This document shows, piece by piece, positions 34,855 to 43,838 of a stretch of 64,000 nt of DNA. A program made the translations under genes and the position numbers. The notes beneath the pieces are model-generated. The model was not told the origin of the DNA. It ran no database searches and saw nothing but the letters and a program-made list of their open reading frames with translations. The DNA lies in IMG/VR virus record IMGVR_UViG_3300032805_000003, positions 24,939 through 88,938 of that record; one strand, written 5' to 3'. Every line of letters starts with the position of its first letter. The stretch's first letter is position 1. This DNA is from a virus.

Positions 34855-36721
34855 AGTGCTCGCCACGATCGGCGGGGTCGCGATCGCTCCCGGGGTGTCG
34901 AAGAACCGGCGCTGGTACAAGCCCGAGCACGTCGCCAGCGCTGTCGCCCGCGCCCGGGAACGGCTGGAAGCCGGCGACCAGCCGATGGTGATGCTGACTC
35001 ACCATGACGCCGGCGACGACTCGCAGCTGATCGCCGCCCGGATGACCGGCATGTCGCTGGACGAGCACGGGCGAGCCCGGTTCACCGCCGACCTGGCTGA
35101 CACTCCGGCTGCCCGGAACATCGCCAGCCTGGCTGACACCAGTGACGGCCAGCCCGCGCACCTGAAAGGCGTGTCGATCCGCGGCCGGTGGCTCGGGAAA
35201 GTCCGGAAAGTCCAGGGCCCGGACGGTGACCCGGTCGAAACCGGCGACGACCTCGAGATCGACGGCCTGGACTTCACCCGCAAACCCGGTGTCGACGACG
35301 CCGGGATCGACACCTTCAGCTGGGCGGCCTCCGGGGCGCGTGAAACAACCGAGCGAGTGCTGATCACCGAATCCGTGGAGGCAGAAGTGACGATCACCGA
35401 AGACGCCACGGCGCCGGATCCGGGGGTGTTGTCGACGGCGTACCCGGATCTGGCCGGCGACCAGCTGCACGTCTTCGAGAACGGGCTGTGCGTGACGTGC
35501 CCGCCGGTCACCGAGGCGAAAGACCCGAAGAAGCCGTACGGCGACGTCGCCTACGCCGACCCGGGCTACCAGAAAGACGGCAAGAAGCGTTACCCGCTGG
35601 ACAACGAGAAGCACATCCGGAGCGCCTGGGGGTACATCAACCAGGCCGGCAACGCCGCCTTGTACACCGCCGCCCAGCTGAAGCGAGTCAAGGGCCGGAT
35701 CAAGGCGGCGATGAAGCGCATCGGCGCGAAAGTCGCCAGCGAATCCGAGCAGGCCCCCGGCTGGTTGTTCTTCCCGCCCCGCCAGCTGGCTGAATCCGCC
35801 AGCGTGACCGAGTACTACGGTGACGGGTCTCGCGCCGGGTCCTGGTCGATCTCAGCCAGTAACGGTCCGGTGAACTTGTGCCTGAGCTCGTACAGCATGG
35901 ACCCGGCTGACCTGGACGTCATCCTCCGCGCCGCCGCCGACGCTGCGTGCAAAGCTCTCGCCGCGCTGGATCCGGATATGGACGGCGACGTCGACGTCCC
36001 GGGCGCCGGCCAGGACAGCGACCCGGACGACGACGCTCCCGCGATCCCGCCGCTGACGCTCACCGGCGACGAACACGAACCCGACGACCCGGCCGGCCCG
36101 GCCGAGTCGGCTCAACCGGCACCGGACCCGGCCGCCGGCACCACCGAGAATCAGGAGGACTCCGTCATGCCGGAGAACACCATGGCCGAGACCGCTACGG
36201 CCGCGCCCGCAGCAGGGTTGTCCCAGGCCGACGTCACCGCGGCGGTCCAGTCCGCGCTGGACGCCGAGCGCGCCGCCCGCAAGGCGAAGAAGAAGAGCAA
36301 GAAGGCTGCCGCGGAGGCGGCGGCCGCCGAGACCGCCCGGATCGAGAAGATCGTCGCCGAGCGGATGGCGGCCGAGCGCGCCGCCCTCGGCGAAACCGCC
36401 GCCGGCGACAGCCAGCCGGCTGCCGGGGTGGCCGAGACTGACGAGCAGCGGGTCGCCCGCCTCGTCGAAGCGCGGGTGACGGAGGAACGGCAGAAGCTGG
36501 TCGCCAGCGGTCAGGTCGACGTCGGCCGCAAGGGCGTGGTCCGGCCGGTGAACGAGACCGTCGCCGGCGCCGGCGCCGGCGGCGAGATGAACAGCCACGG
36601 CATGCCGGCGGACTGGCCGGACAAGCCGTTGCACCAGTACACCCCGGACGAGCGCGACCGGTTCTTCGGGCCGGTGCTGACCCGCCACGTCCTCGGCCAG
36701 CGCGCCGACTTGCTCTCCTGA
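34847..36721 (+). CDS. Capsid maturation protease/scaffold fusion
   Basis: GVSKNRRWY, THH, GVSIRG, LDFTRKPGV protease motifs; KKPYGDV.YADPGY...RYPLD (DUF6582-like) insert; Ala/Glu-rich coiled C-terminus. Confidence 0.75.
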   Translation: MAKVLATIGGVAIAPGVSKNRRWYKPEHVASAVARARERLEAGDQPMVMLTHHDAGDDSQLIAARMTGMSLDEHGRARFTADLADTPAARNIASLADTSDGQPAHLKGVSIRGRWLGKVRKVQGPDGDPVETGDDLEIDGLDFTRKPGVDDAGIDTFSWAASGARETTERVLITESVEAEVTITEDATAPDPGVLSTAYPDLAGDQLHVFENGLCVTCPPVTEAKDPKKPYGDVAYADPGYQKDGKKRYPLDNEKHIRSAWGYINQAGNAALYTAAQLKRVKGRIKAAMKRIGAKVASESEQAPGWLFFPPRQLAESASVTEYYGDGSRAGSWSISASNGPVNLCLSSYSMDPADLDVILRAAADAACKALAALDPDMDGDVDVPGAGQDSDPDDDAPAIPPLTLTGDEHEPDDPAGPAESAQPAPDPAAGTTENQEDSVMPENTMAETATAAPAAGLSQADVTAAVQSALDAERAARKAKKKSKKAAAEAAAAETARIEKIVAERMAAERAALGETAAGDSQPAAGVAETDEQRVARLVEARVTEERQKLVASGQVDVGRKGVVRPVNETVAGAGAGGEMNSHGMPADWPDKPLHQYTPDERDRFFGPVLTRHVLGQRADLLS

Positions 36722-36911
36722 GCAACCCCTGACGGCCGTCCGGGCAGAGAGCGGGGCTGCCCGGACGGCGCACCATCACTCCGTGTTTGATCATCCTGAC
36801 CGCCAGCCAGCCGGCTGGTGTCTAGAGCGGCAACGGTCACCCAGCCCTGCAACCCCCGGACGCACCACCGCGCCGGGGGTTTCGTCTTCCCGACCGAAGG
36901 GAGGGGCGGCC

Positions 36912-38288
36912 ATGCCGTCCGAGCTCCGTGAGGCGCTCACCGCAGCCGGTGCCAGCGCACTCATCCCGAAGATCATCGACCCGATCCTGCTGGAGTACCA
37001 GCGGCGCTACAGCCCGCTGGTGCGTTCGATCCCGATGCAGCAGTGGGCCGCGGACGTGTACTACTTCAACCAGCGCACTTCGGTGGCAGCTGGCGGGTTC
37101 GTGCCCGATGGCGGCGCCAAGCCGGTGTCCAACTCGGTGTACGTCCAGCTCAGCTACCAGATGAAGCACGTCGAGACCGTGGGTGCGGTCACCGGCTACG
37201 CGCAGGAAGTCACCCGGCAGGTCATCGGTGACCTGCGGCAGACAGAAATCCAGGGCTCGATCCGGGGCTACTACTGGGACATCGAGACCGGCATCCTGTG
37301 GGGCAACTCGGCGTCGACGCTGAACCAGGCCCAGCCCCAGTTCGACGGCCTGGACTCGCTGGTCAACGTCTACAGCGGGTCGTACCAGAACGCGCTGGAC
37401 AAGGCCGGCAACACTCTCACGCTGGCGATGCTGGACGAGCTCATCGACATGGTCGAGTCGAACGCGGCGATGCCGGTGTTCGACGACACCTGGATGCTGC
37501 TCATGTCCAACACCGCGTCGTCGAAGATCGCCCAGCTGCTGGTGAACCAGCAGCGGTTCAACGACACCGTGGAAGTCGCCGCCGGCCTGATCGTTCCGAC
37601 GTACCGGAACATCCCGCTGATCAAGTCCAGCTTCCTGTCGACCCGGTCTTACTCGATGGGGACGGTGACGCCCAGTACCACCACCTACGCTGGCGCGACG
37701 CTGAACGCCACCTACAAGTACGTGATCTCGCCGGTGATCGCCCGTCAGGGCGAGATCCTGCCGTGCGCGGAGGTGTCGCAGGCGGTGACCACCGGCAACG
37801 CGGTCACGCTGACGTTCACTCCGCCGACCGGGCTGGATGGCTTGTCGCCGCAGCTGTACAAGGTGTACCGGACGGCAGCCGGCGGCGCGAGCGGGTCCGA
37901 GACGTTCCTCGGCTATGTCGACGCGACGGTCGGGCTCGCCAGCGACGGGGTCACCCCGGTGGTCACGAACCAGATCCAGGACACCGGCTCGTTCCTGGTG
38001 CCGGTCCAGACCACCGGCTCGGTCGTGCCGGCGACGTTGCCGACTACCTACTACGGCACGAACACCGGCATGTTCCCGCCGGCGGCGGGCAACGAGAACC
38101 TGTACCTGATCAGCCGGGACAGGAACAACGTGGTCCGGCCGTACATCAGGGAAGCGCAGCCGCTGGACGTCTACCCGACGACCGCCAGCCCGGACACGCT
38201 TCCGTACGCCGTGATCGGTGACACCGCGCTGGCGGTGCGCGCCACCCGGTACACCGGCCGGCTCAGCAGGGTCAACGTCAGCGTCTGA
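36912..38288 (+). CDS. Major capsid protein (SU10-like) with inserted Ig/FN3-like domain
   Basis: GGGAGG RBS; follows scaffold; QFDGLD..V, L..LDELID; insert YKYVIS...GE...YKVYR...ET. Confidence 0.8.
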   Translation: MPSELREALTAAGASALIPKIIDPILLEYQRRYSPLVRSIPMQQWAADVYYFNQRTSVAAGGFVPDGGAKPVSNSVYVQLSYQMKHVETVGAVTGYAQEVTRQVIGDLRQTEIQGSIRGYYWDIETGILWGNSASTLNQAQPQFDGLDSLVNVYSGSYQNALDKAGNTLTLAMLDELIDMVESNAAMPVFDDTWMLLMSNTASSKIAQLLVNQQRFNDTVEVAAGLIVPTYRNIPLIKSSFLSTRSYSMGTVTPSTTTYAGATLNATYKYVISPVIARQGEILPCAEVSQAVTTGNAVTLTFTPPTGLDGLSPQLYKVYRTAAGGASGSETFLGYVDATVGLASDGVTPVVTNQIQDTGSFLVPVQTTGSVVPATLPTTYYGTNTGMFPPAAGNENLYLISRDRNNVVRPYIREAQPLDVYPTTASPDTLPYAVIGDTALAVRATRYTGRLSRVNVSV

Positions 38289-38407
38289 CCCGTGTGATGT
38301 GCGCCGGCGCCCAGGCTGAATCCAGGTCGGCCGGGCGCCGGCGCACTCCCCAGGCCTTCCCCCCGGGGGGCCTCGAGACAACCCGCAACATACCGGAAGG
38401 CGCCAGC

Positions 38408-38734
38408 ATGCTGCTCAGGAAAGAGCACGGCGGGTCGGTGATCGGCTCGTATTCGTGGGCGAAAGACGGTGACGTGACCGACGTGCCGGATGATCTGGCA
38501 GCTGAATTGCTGGCGATCCCCGGCAATGACTTCAGCGTCGCTGAAGCGCCCAGGCCGCGTCCCCGGGTAACCCCGGCGCCGGCGCCGGCTACACCGCCAG
38601 CGGACGCTCCAGCCCCGTCCCCGCCAGCGGCCGCGGCCGCAACACCAGCGGAAAGCCCGGCTCCGGCCGCGGCTGACGCCGCACCGCAGCCCGCCGCCGG
38701 CGCCCAGGAGGCGGAAGCCGCCGCCAGCGCGTGA
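38408..38734 (+). CDS. Hypothetical virion-associated protein with Pro/Ala tail
   Basis: GGAAGG RBS; W..DGDV..VP...A.ELLAI. Confidence 0.6.
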   Translation: MLLRKEHGGSVIGSYSWAKDGDVTDVPDDLAAELLAIPGNDFSVAEAPRPRPRVTPAPAPATPPADAPAPSPPAAAAATPAESPAPAAADAAPQPAAGAQEAEAAASA

Positions 38735-38773
38735 AGCTGTTAACCGCACGCTTATCGACCGGGAGACGGTGAC

Positions 38774-39436
38774 ATGGCTGACACTCCAGTGCCGTTGTGC
38801 ACCGCCGCCCAGTTCACCGAAGGCCCGTACGGAGATCTGGTCGCCAAGTATTCGCCGCAGGCGCTGTCTGACGTGCTGGTTGAAGCGACCCGGATGTGCG
38901 AGTCGGAAACCGGCCGCCGGTTCGCTCCGTTCACTACCACTGAAACGCACCGGGCCAGCGGGATCGACCCGGACGAATACTCGGACAGCGCGAACTTGCC
39001 GATGGACATCCGGTCAGTCCTCGGCGCGTCGTACGCGGCAGCGCTCGGCGCGTCGTCGCTGGTCCGGCACTGCTGGCTGGATGAATGCGCAGTCCGGTAC
39101 CCGGATCTGTGGACCTACAGCAACACGACAGTGACGTTCATCCGGTCCTACGGCGGCACCGAGACGATCGCCAGCAGCCAGATCTTGAACGGCCCGGAAA
39201 ACGACACCGGGCATCTGTGGTTCCAGCTCGGGTTGTTCCTGCCGGTCGGCAGCAGGGTGCAAGTCACTTACTCGGGCGGTTACACGATCGCGATGCCGGC
39301 TGACCTGGTGAGAGCGAACAAGTACATGGCCGCCAGCATCGTTGTCCGCGAGCTCAACCCCGGGTCGACAGACCACGACCCGGACGCGTTGCACACTGAC
39401 GCGCTTATGGTGCTGGCGAACTACGCCAGGTCTTGA
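38774..39436 (+). CDS. Head-to-tail adaptor
   Basis: ATR.CE..TGRR.APFT...VTYSGGY...PADL; position after capsid. Confidence 0.7.
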   Translation: MADTPVPLCTAAQFTEGPYGDLVAKYSPQALSDVLVEATRMCESETGRRFAPFTTTETHRASGIDPDEYSDSANLPMDIRSVLGASYAAALGASSLVRHCWLDECAVRYPDLWTYSNTTVTFIRSYGGTETIASSQILNGPENDTGHLWFQLGLFLPVGSRVQVTYSGGYTIAMPADLVRANKYMAASIVVRELNPGSTDHDPDALHTDALMVLANYARS

Positions 39437-39801
39437 CGATGGCCGGCCTGACCCGCGCGGTGCTGCGACCGTTGAAGCCGTCGCGCCGGTCACCGCGGCA
39501 GACCCGGTTTCATTCGCACCGGGGGCGCCGGTCCAGCGAACAGTTCCTGGCGCACCGGAGCGGGTATCCGCCGTATCCGGCGTTCCGGGCGCACGCCACC
39601 CGCGCGATCCGGGCCTGGAAACAGAAGCCGGTCACTCCGGCGAAAGCTGCTAAGGCGGTCAAGTACAAGTCCGAGATCAAAAAGGTTCCGGCGGTGTACA
39701 AAGGCCGGAAGACGCCAGCCAGGTACCCGTCGCTGATCAAGACGGTGCCGTCTGCCTACAAGATCCGGAAGACGTCCGGCAAGTACAAGCCAGCGCGCTA
39801 G
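39433..39801 (+). CDS. Highly basic hypothetical protein
   Basis: Arg/Lys-rich with K.P..YK repeats. Confidence 0.45.
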   Translation: MTMAGLTRAVLRPLKPSRRSPRQTRFHSHRGRRSSEQFLAHRSGYPPYPAFRAHATRAIRAWKQKPVTPAKAAKAVKYKSEIKKVPAVYKGRKTPARYPSLIKTVPSAYKIRKTSGKYKPAR

Positions 39802-40121
39802 CTGGCGCGTCTGCGGCCGGACTGGCCGGGTTGCCAGCGTCCGCTGCCGCCTCGCCCGGGTGATGCTGCCCGCGCGAGCACAAGAGTCCGGAACCGCCAG
39901 GCTGGTGACCGGCCGAAGATCCGGTCCGGGTTCGGGAACTCGGGTGTCTTGTCAGCCCGTATCCGGAGCCGGGCGCGGGAGATCGACCGGGCCTGGATGC
40001 CGAGGAATCTGGCTGCGCCGTCGATGTCGGTCAGTTCGTCGATCCACGGCATCCAGCGGTCGAGCGCGCCAGGGCCGTCAGCTTTCACCGCGGCGATCAG
40101 GTCTGCTGCGTTCGGCTGCAT
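39798..40121 (-). CDS. AlpA/MerR-like HTH DNA-binding protein
   Basis: DIDGAARFLGI...SI......FP.PD..FGRSPAW. Confidence 0.7.
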   Translation of the reverse strand: MQPNAADLIAAVKADGPGALDRWMPWIDELTDIDGAARFLGIQARSISRARLRIRADKTPEFPNPDRIFGRSPAWRFRTLVLARAASPGRGGSGRWQPGQSGRRRAS

Positions 40122-40176
40122 CGCTCGCTCGCTTCCTGCCGGTTTGCCTGCCTTACAGCGACAATCGTACAGGATT

Positions 40177-40554
40177 CTAGCGGCATCCGGCCTGACGGGC
40201 GTACTGCATGATCGTGACGCGCGGCCGGTGCTGCCAGAACGCCCGCAGTTCTTCTGACGCCATCCGGTGCGCCCACGCCTCGGGGCCGGACCACAGGCGG
40301 GTCGGGGAGATGCCGGCGGCGATGCCAGCGCGAGACAGCAGGTTGCCGCGGGTTTCGGCGTCGGCGGCCAGGTAGTCGGCGTACATGCCGTCGTACCATT
40401 CGGCGTTCACGGCGCGACGGCGGGCGCGGGCGATGGCGAGCCGGTCCCGGCGGGCCAGCTCGGTCAAGACGGCGTTCCGGTCGGTCTGGTCGCCGCGCTG
40501 GTAGAGGGCGGCCAGGTGCTCGTCGCCCATCACCGGAAGGTTTGCCATCAGCAT
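40177..40554 (-). CDS. Hypothetical protein (leaderless moron gene)
   Basis: AETRGNLLS..G...GI....LWSG......ASEEL..FW..RPR. Confidence 0.65.
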   Translation of the reverse strand: MLMANLPVMGDEHLAALYQRGDQTDRNAVLTELARRDRLAIARARRRAVNAEWYDGMYADYLAADAETRGNLLSRAGIAAGISPTRLWSGPEAWAHRMASEELRAFWQHRPRVTIMQYARQAGCR

Positions 40555-40591
40555 GTAGACAAACCTACGGCTGGCCAGCCCACCTTGTCAA
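40552..40591 (-). promoter_or_regulatory. Consensus leaderless promoter with GTAG-N6-CTAC palindrome
   Basis: Minus strand TTGACA-N18-TAGGTT-tgtctac-ATG. Confidence 0.8.
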
Positions 40592-40625
40592 CACCTCCAT
40601 CCAACGTTTTCCCGGGAGGCTGGCC

Positions 40626-41126
40626 GTGTCGACCGCCGACGCCGTCTCACGCGAAGCCGCCTGGCTGGCGACCTCCATCACAGACGGCCTGCCGCTGCTG
40701 CCATCAGCCGCAGGAGGCCCGTGGCAGGTCATCCAGGCGTACTGGCCCGGAATCCGCCTCGCCACCCAGCAAACCGGCATCTATGTCCAGCGCACCGACC
40801 TGGACGACGTCCGGGCCGCCACCCAGCGAATCCGGCCCCAGTACGCGTTCGAGCTCAAGCTGGTCTGGCCGGTCCGGGTCACCGGCGCGCCGATCGCCGA
40901 AACCGAAGCCCAGAACCTGGACAACGCCGTCGACTTGCTGATCCAGCGGCTCCGCGGCCCGCTCGGCGACAAAACCCACGGCGGCCGTTTCCTGTCCGTC
41001 TGTGAAGTGCCCAGAGAGAACCCGGTCAACGTCCGGTTCGACGACCCGGAAACCACCATCCCGGTCCAGAAAGCGCTGCGCGCCACCGTCACCTACCACG
41101 CCGACGACCTCGAGATCACCGACTAG
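40626..41126 (+). CDS. Putative tail terminator/neck protein
   Basis: GGAGG RBS; GDKTHGGRFLSV; position before tail tube gene. Confidence 0.6.
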   Translation: MSTADAVSREAAWLATSITDGLPLLPSAAGGPWQVIQAYWPGIRLATQQTGIYVQRTDLDDVRAATQRIRPQYAFELKLVWPVRVTGAPIAETEAQNLDNAVDLLIQRLRGPLGDKTHGGRFLSVCEVPRENPVNVRFDDPETTIPVQKALRATVTYHADDLEITD

Positions 41127-41136
41127 GAGGCTGGGG

Positions 41137-41460
41137 ATGCTCCAGCGCAACCAGACCGACTCGATCTTGTGGGTCGCTGACGCCGGCGTGAAAATCGGCC
41201 CCGGCGAGACCGTCGACACCCCGTTGCCGGTCCCCGGCTGCATCCCCGTCGACGACGACACCGCCAGCGCGGCTGAAAACGATCCTCCGGCCCCCGGCGA
41301 GCCGGCCACAGCAACACCCGGACCCGAGCCCGCCAGCCCGCCAGCGCCCGCGCCTGCTATGCCTGCGGCACCCGAGCCAGCACCCCCCGCTGACGACCCA
41401 CCTGCCAACGCCCAGCCCGATGACGAGGCTGGCCAGCCTGCGGAGGAGACCGCGCCATGA
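41137..41460 (+). CDS. Hypothetical Pro-rich protein
   Basis: AGGAGG RBS; coupled to tail tube gene. Confidence 0.55.
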   Translation: MLQRNQTDSILWVADAGVKIGPGETVDTPLPVPGCIPVDDDTASAAENDPPAPGEPATATPGPEPASPPAPAPAMPAAPEPAPPADDPPANAQPDDEAGQPAEETAP

Positions 41461-42623
41461 CGTACCTGAGCAGGCTCACCAAACTCGGCCTGGCCAAAGA
41501 GACAACCCAGTACACGTACCTGGCACCGACCGTCAGCGTGCCGTTCAACACCGCCAAATTCACCGACAACATCACCCCGTTGCGAGACGAGTCGGTGCGC
41601 GCGAACGACGCTGTCCTCCAGGGGCTGAACCAGGGTCCCTGGTCGACGACCTGGGACATCGAATGCAACGCCTACGGCGACCTGATCGGCCAGTTCTTCC
41701 GGGCGATCATCGGCCCGGACACGATCACCACCGCCGGAGTCAGCACCACCCTGGCGTCGAACTGCTCAGCTGGCGCAGTCAGCTTGTCGCTGACCGCGTC
41801 AGTGCCGTCGAACAGCATCATCCAGATCTCGGACTCGGGCGGCGCTCACCTCGAATGGGTGCAAGTCGGCACGGTCACCGGCTCGGGCCCGTACACCGCC
41901 CCCGTCAGCTTCCCGGCCTCCGGCACCCGGTACGCGCACACCGCCGCCGGCGGGTCCGTCATCTCGCAGACAACCCACTCGTTCAAGCAGAACCGGACCT
42001 TCAGCACCGTCTGGCCGACATACAGCTTCACCACCGACGACGGCACCGACCAGCTCGGCTGGCCCGGGTGCGTCATGTCCGACCTGGCTATCAAGATCGA
42101 CCCGAAGGGGTACATCACCTTCAACCCGAAGTACACCGGCATGCCGTCGATCGCCGAATCAACGTTCAGCTATGCCGCCAGCGCGGTCCAGCCGAACGTC
42201 GGCTGGGGCTGGACAGTGACCCAGAACAGCGTCGCGTCGACCCGCGGCCTGACGTTCGACCTGACGCTCAAGCGCGCCGTCGAAGCGATCCAGTCGTCAG
42301 ACGGCACCCAGGCGCCGCGCGAGATCTTCCCCGGCGCGCTCGAGTCCGATGGCACCTACAAGGCGATCCTCGAGAACGACCTGGACTTCAACCTGTTCAA
42401 GCAGTACCTCCAGTACCCGACGGTGCACACCCTGAACCAGCCGGTCGTCGCCGGCGGCGCGGTCATCGTCTTGACCATGTCGTCATCCGGCTACACCACC
42501 GGTGAGGCAGACATCAGCACGCCGTACGTCCAGCTGAACCAGAACCTGTCCGGCATCGCGAACTCGACAGACGCCGGCGTGCTGCAAGTCCAGCTCAGCA
42601 ACTTCGTCACCACCACCTACTAG
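41457..42623 (+). CDS. Major tail (tube) protein
   Basis: LGLAKETT start, THSFKQ, PTYSFT; precedes chaperone and tape measure. Confidence 0.75.
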   Translation: MTYLSRLTKLGLAKETTQYTYLAPTVSVPFNTAKFTDNITPLRDESVRANDAVLQGLNQGPWSTTWDIECNAYGDLIGQFFRAIIGPDTITTAGVSTTLASNCSAGAVSLSLTASVPSNSIIQISDSGGAHLEWVQVGTVTGSGPYTAPVSFPASGTRYAHTAAGGSVISQTTHSFKQNRTFSTVWPTYSFTTDDGTDQLGWPGCVMSDLAIKIDPKGYITFNPKYTGMPSIAESTFSYAASAVQPNVGWGWTVTQNSVASTRGLTFDLTLKRAVEAIQSSDGTQAPREIFPGALESDGTYKAILENDLDFNLFKQYLQYPTVHTLNQPVVAGGAVIVLTMSSSGYTTGEADISTPYVQLNQNLSGIANSTDAGVLQVQLSNFVTTTY

Positions 42624-42692
42624 ACCGGCGCGCAGGCCGCCGCTCCTGACTGTCCCAGCCATCCCAACCTCACCTGGAAGAGGAACCCTGCC

Positions 42693-43124
42693 ATGCCCGG
42701 TTACGCCACCCCTGTGATCACCAGGCATTTCCCCGAGCTCGTCGAAGACGGCGACGACGTGTGGGTCACCATCCGGAACCCGCGGCTGATGGCCCCCGGC
42801 GAGATGCTGTCGACCGCTGACGGCGTCCAGACCGGCCCGGACGGGGAAGTGCAAGACCTGGGGGTGGCCAGCCGGGCGTCGTTCAAGCTGGCCGCCAAGC
42901 TGATCATCGGCTGGCGGATGTACGACGCGACGTTCATCCCGCAGCTGGATCCCCAGGGCGAGCCGGTGCCGGGTGCGGCCGCGGCGCTGCTGCCGCCGGT
43001 TCCCGGGCCGGCGGATGTCGCGAAAGCGCCGATGGCGGTGTTCAACTGGCTGGGGGAACAGATGGCCACGGTAAACCCTCAGCAGACCCCGGCGAACCCG
43101 GAGGGTACTTCTGGGACGTCCTAG
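42693..43124 (+). CDS. Tail assembly chaperone (G)
   Basis: Between tail tube and tape measure; contains slippery site. Confidence 0.75.
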   Translation: MPGYATPVITRHFPELVEDGDDVWVTIRNPRLMAPGEMLSTADGVQTGPDGEVQDLGVASRASFKLAAKLIIGWRMYDATFIPQLDPQGEPVPGAAAALLPPVPGPADVAKAPMAVFNWLGEQMATVNPQQTPANPEGTSGTS

Positions 43125-43348
43125 CCCCCGCCGAATCCATCTATGACGGCACCTGGGGCGGGCCGGCTGTCCCGGACGAAGTCCGCGACTTCGAGCTCAT
43201 GCAGATGATGGGCTGGTCCTGGCCGGATCTGGTCCGCACCCCGGTGTACGTGCGCCGGATGTGCTGGGACATCGGGATGATCAAACGGCGGGTAGAGGCG
43301 GACCGGACCGCCCGGAACAGGGGGTCCGGTGAACAACGCGGGGGCTGA
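42693..43348 (+). CDS. Tail assembly chaperone, -1 frameshift product (GT)
   Basis: A AAC CCT at 43073-43079; -1 frame open to TGA 43348 (...ELMQMMGWSWPDLVRTPVYVRR...). Confidence 0.7.
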
Positions 43349-43817
43349 CGTCGCAGCCAGGCTGAAAGTGATCCGGTCCCGCGCTGCCGGGGTCGCGCCG
43401 AAAGCCGCCGTCGAAGCCGTCAGCCAGGCTGGCGAGACGCTGACCAAGCTGGCGCTGTCGAAACGCTCCCATCCGAAAGGGACGCCGACGCCGTCACCGA
43501 AAGGCGCGCCGCCGGCGCTGGTGTCCGGTGACCTGCGCCGGTCGGTGCGCCGGACCCCGGCGACGATGGTCGGCAGCGCCCGGTTCGTGCAAGTCCTCGG
43601 CTCCCGGCTGATCTACGCCCCGGTGCACGAATTCGGGCCGGTGACGATCACTGCTAAACGGTTCCCGCAGCTGGGGAACCCGCAAGCCGGGTTCTTCGGC
43701 CCGCAAGTCACGATCCCGTCCCGCCCGTGGATGCGGCCGTCTGTCGAACTGCTGATCACCAGCGGGACGGCGACGAAGACGGGTGCGCTGGCGTTCCTGG
43801 CCGCCCTCGACACCTGA
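43329..43817 (+). CDS. HK97 gp10-like tail completion protein
   Basis: PPALVSGDLRRS, IYAPVHEFG, IPSRPWMRP. Confidence 0.75.
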   Translation: MNNAGADVAARLKVIRSRAAGVAPKAAVEAVSQAGETLTKLALSKRSHPKGTPTPSPKGAPPALVSGDLRRSVRRTPATMVGSARFVQVLGSRLIYAPVHEFGPVTITAKRFPQLGNPQAGFFGPQVTIPSRPWMRPSVELLITSGTATKTGALAFLAALDT

Positions 43818-43838
43818 TCTGAAGCCTAGGGAGGCGCT

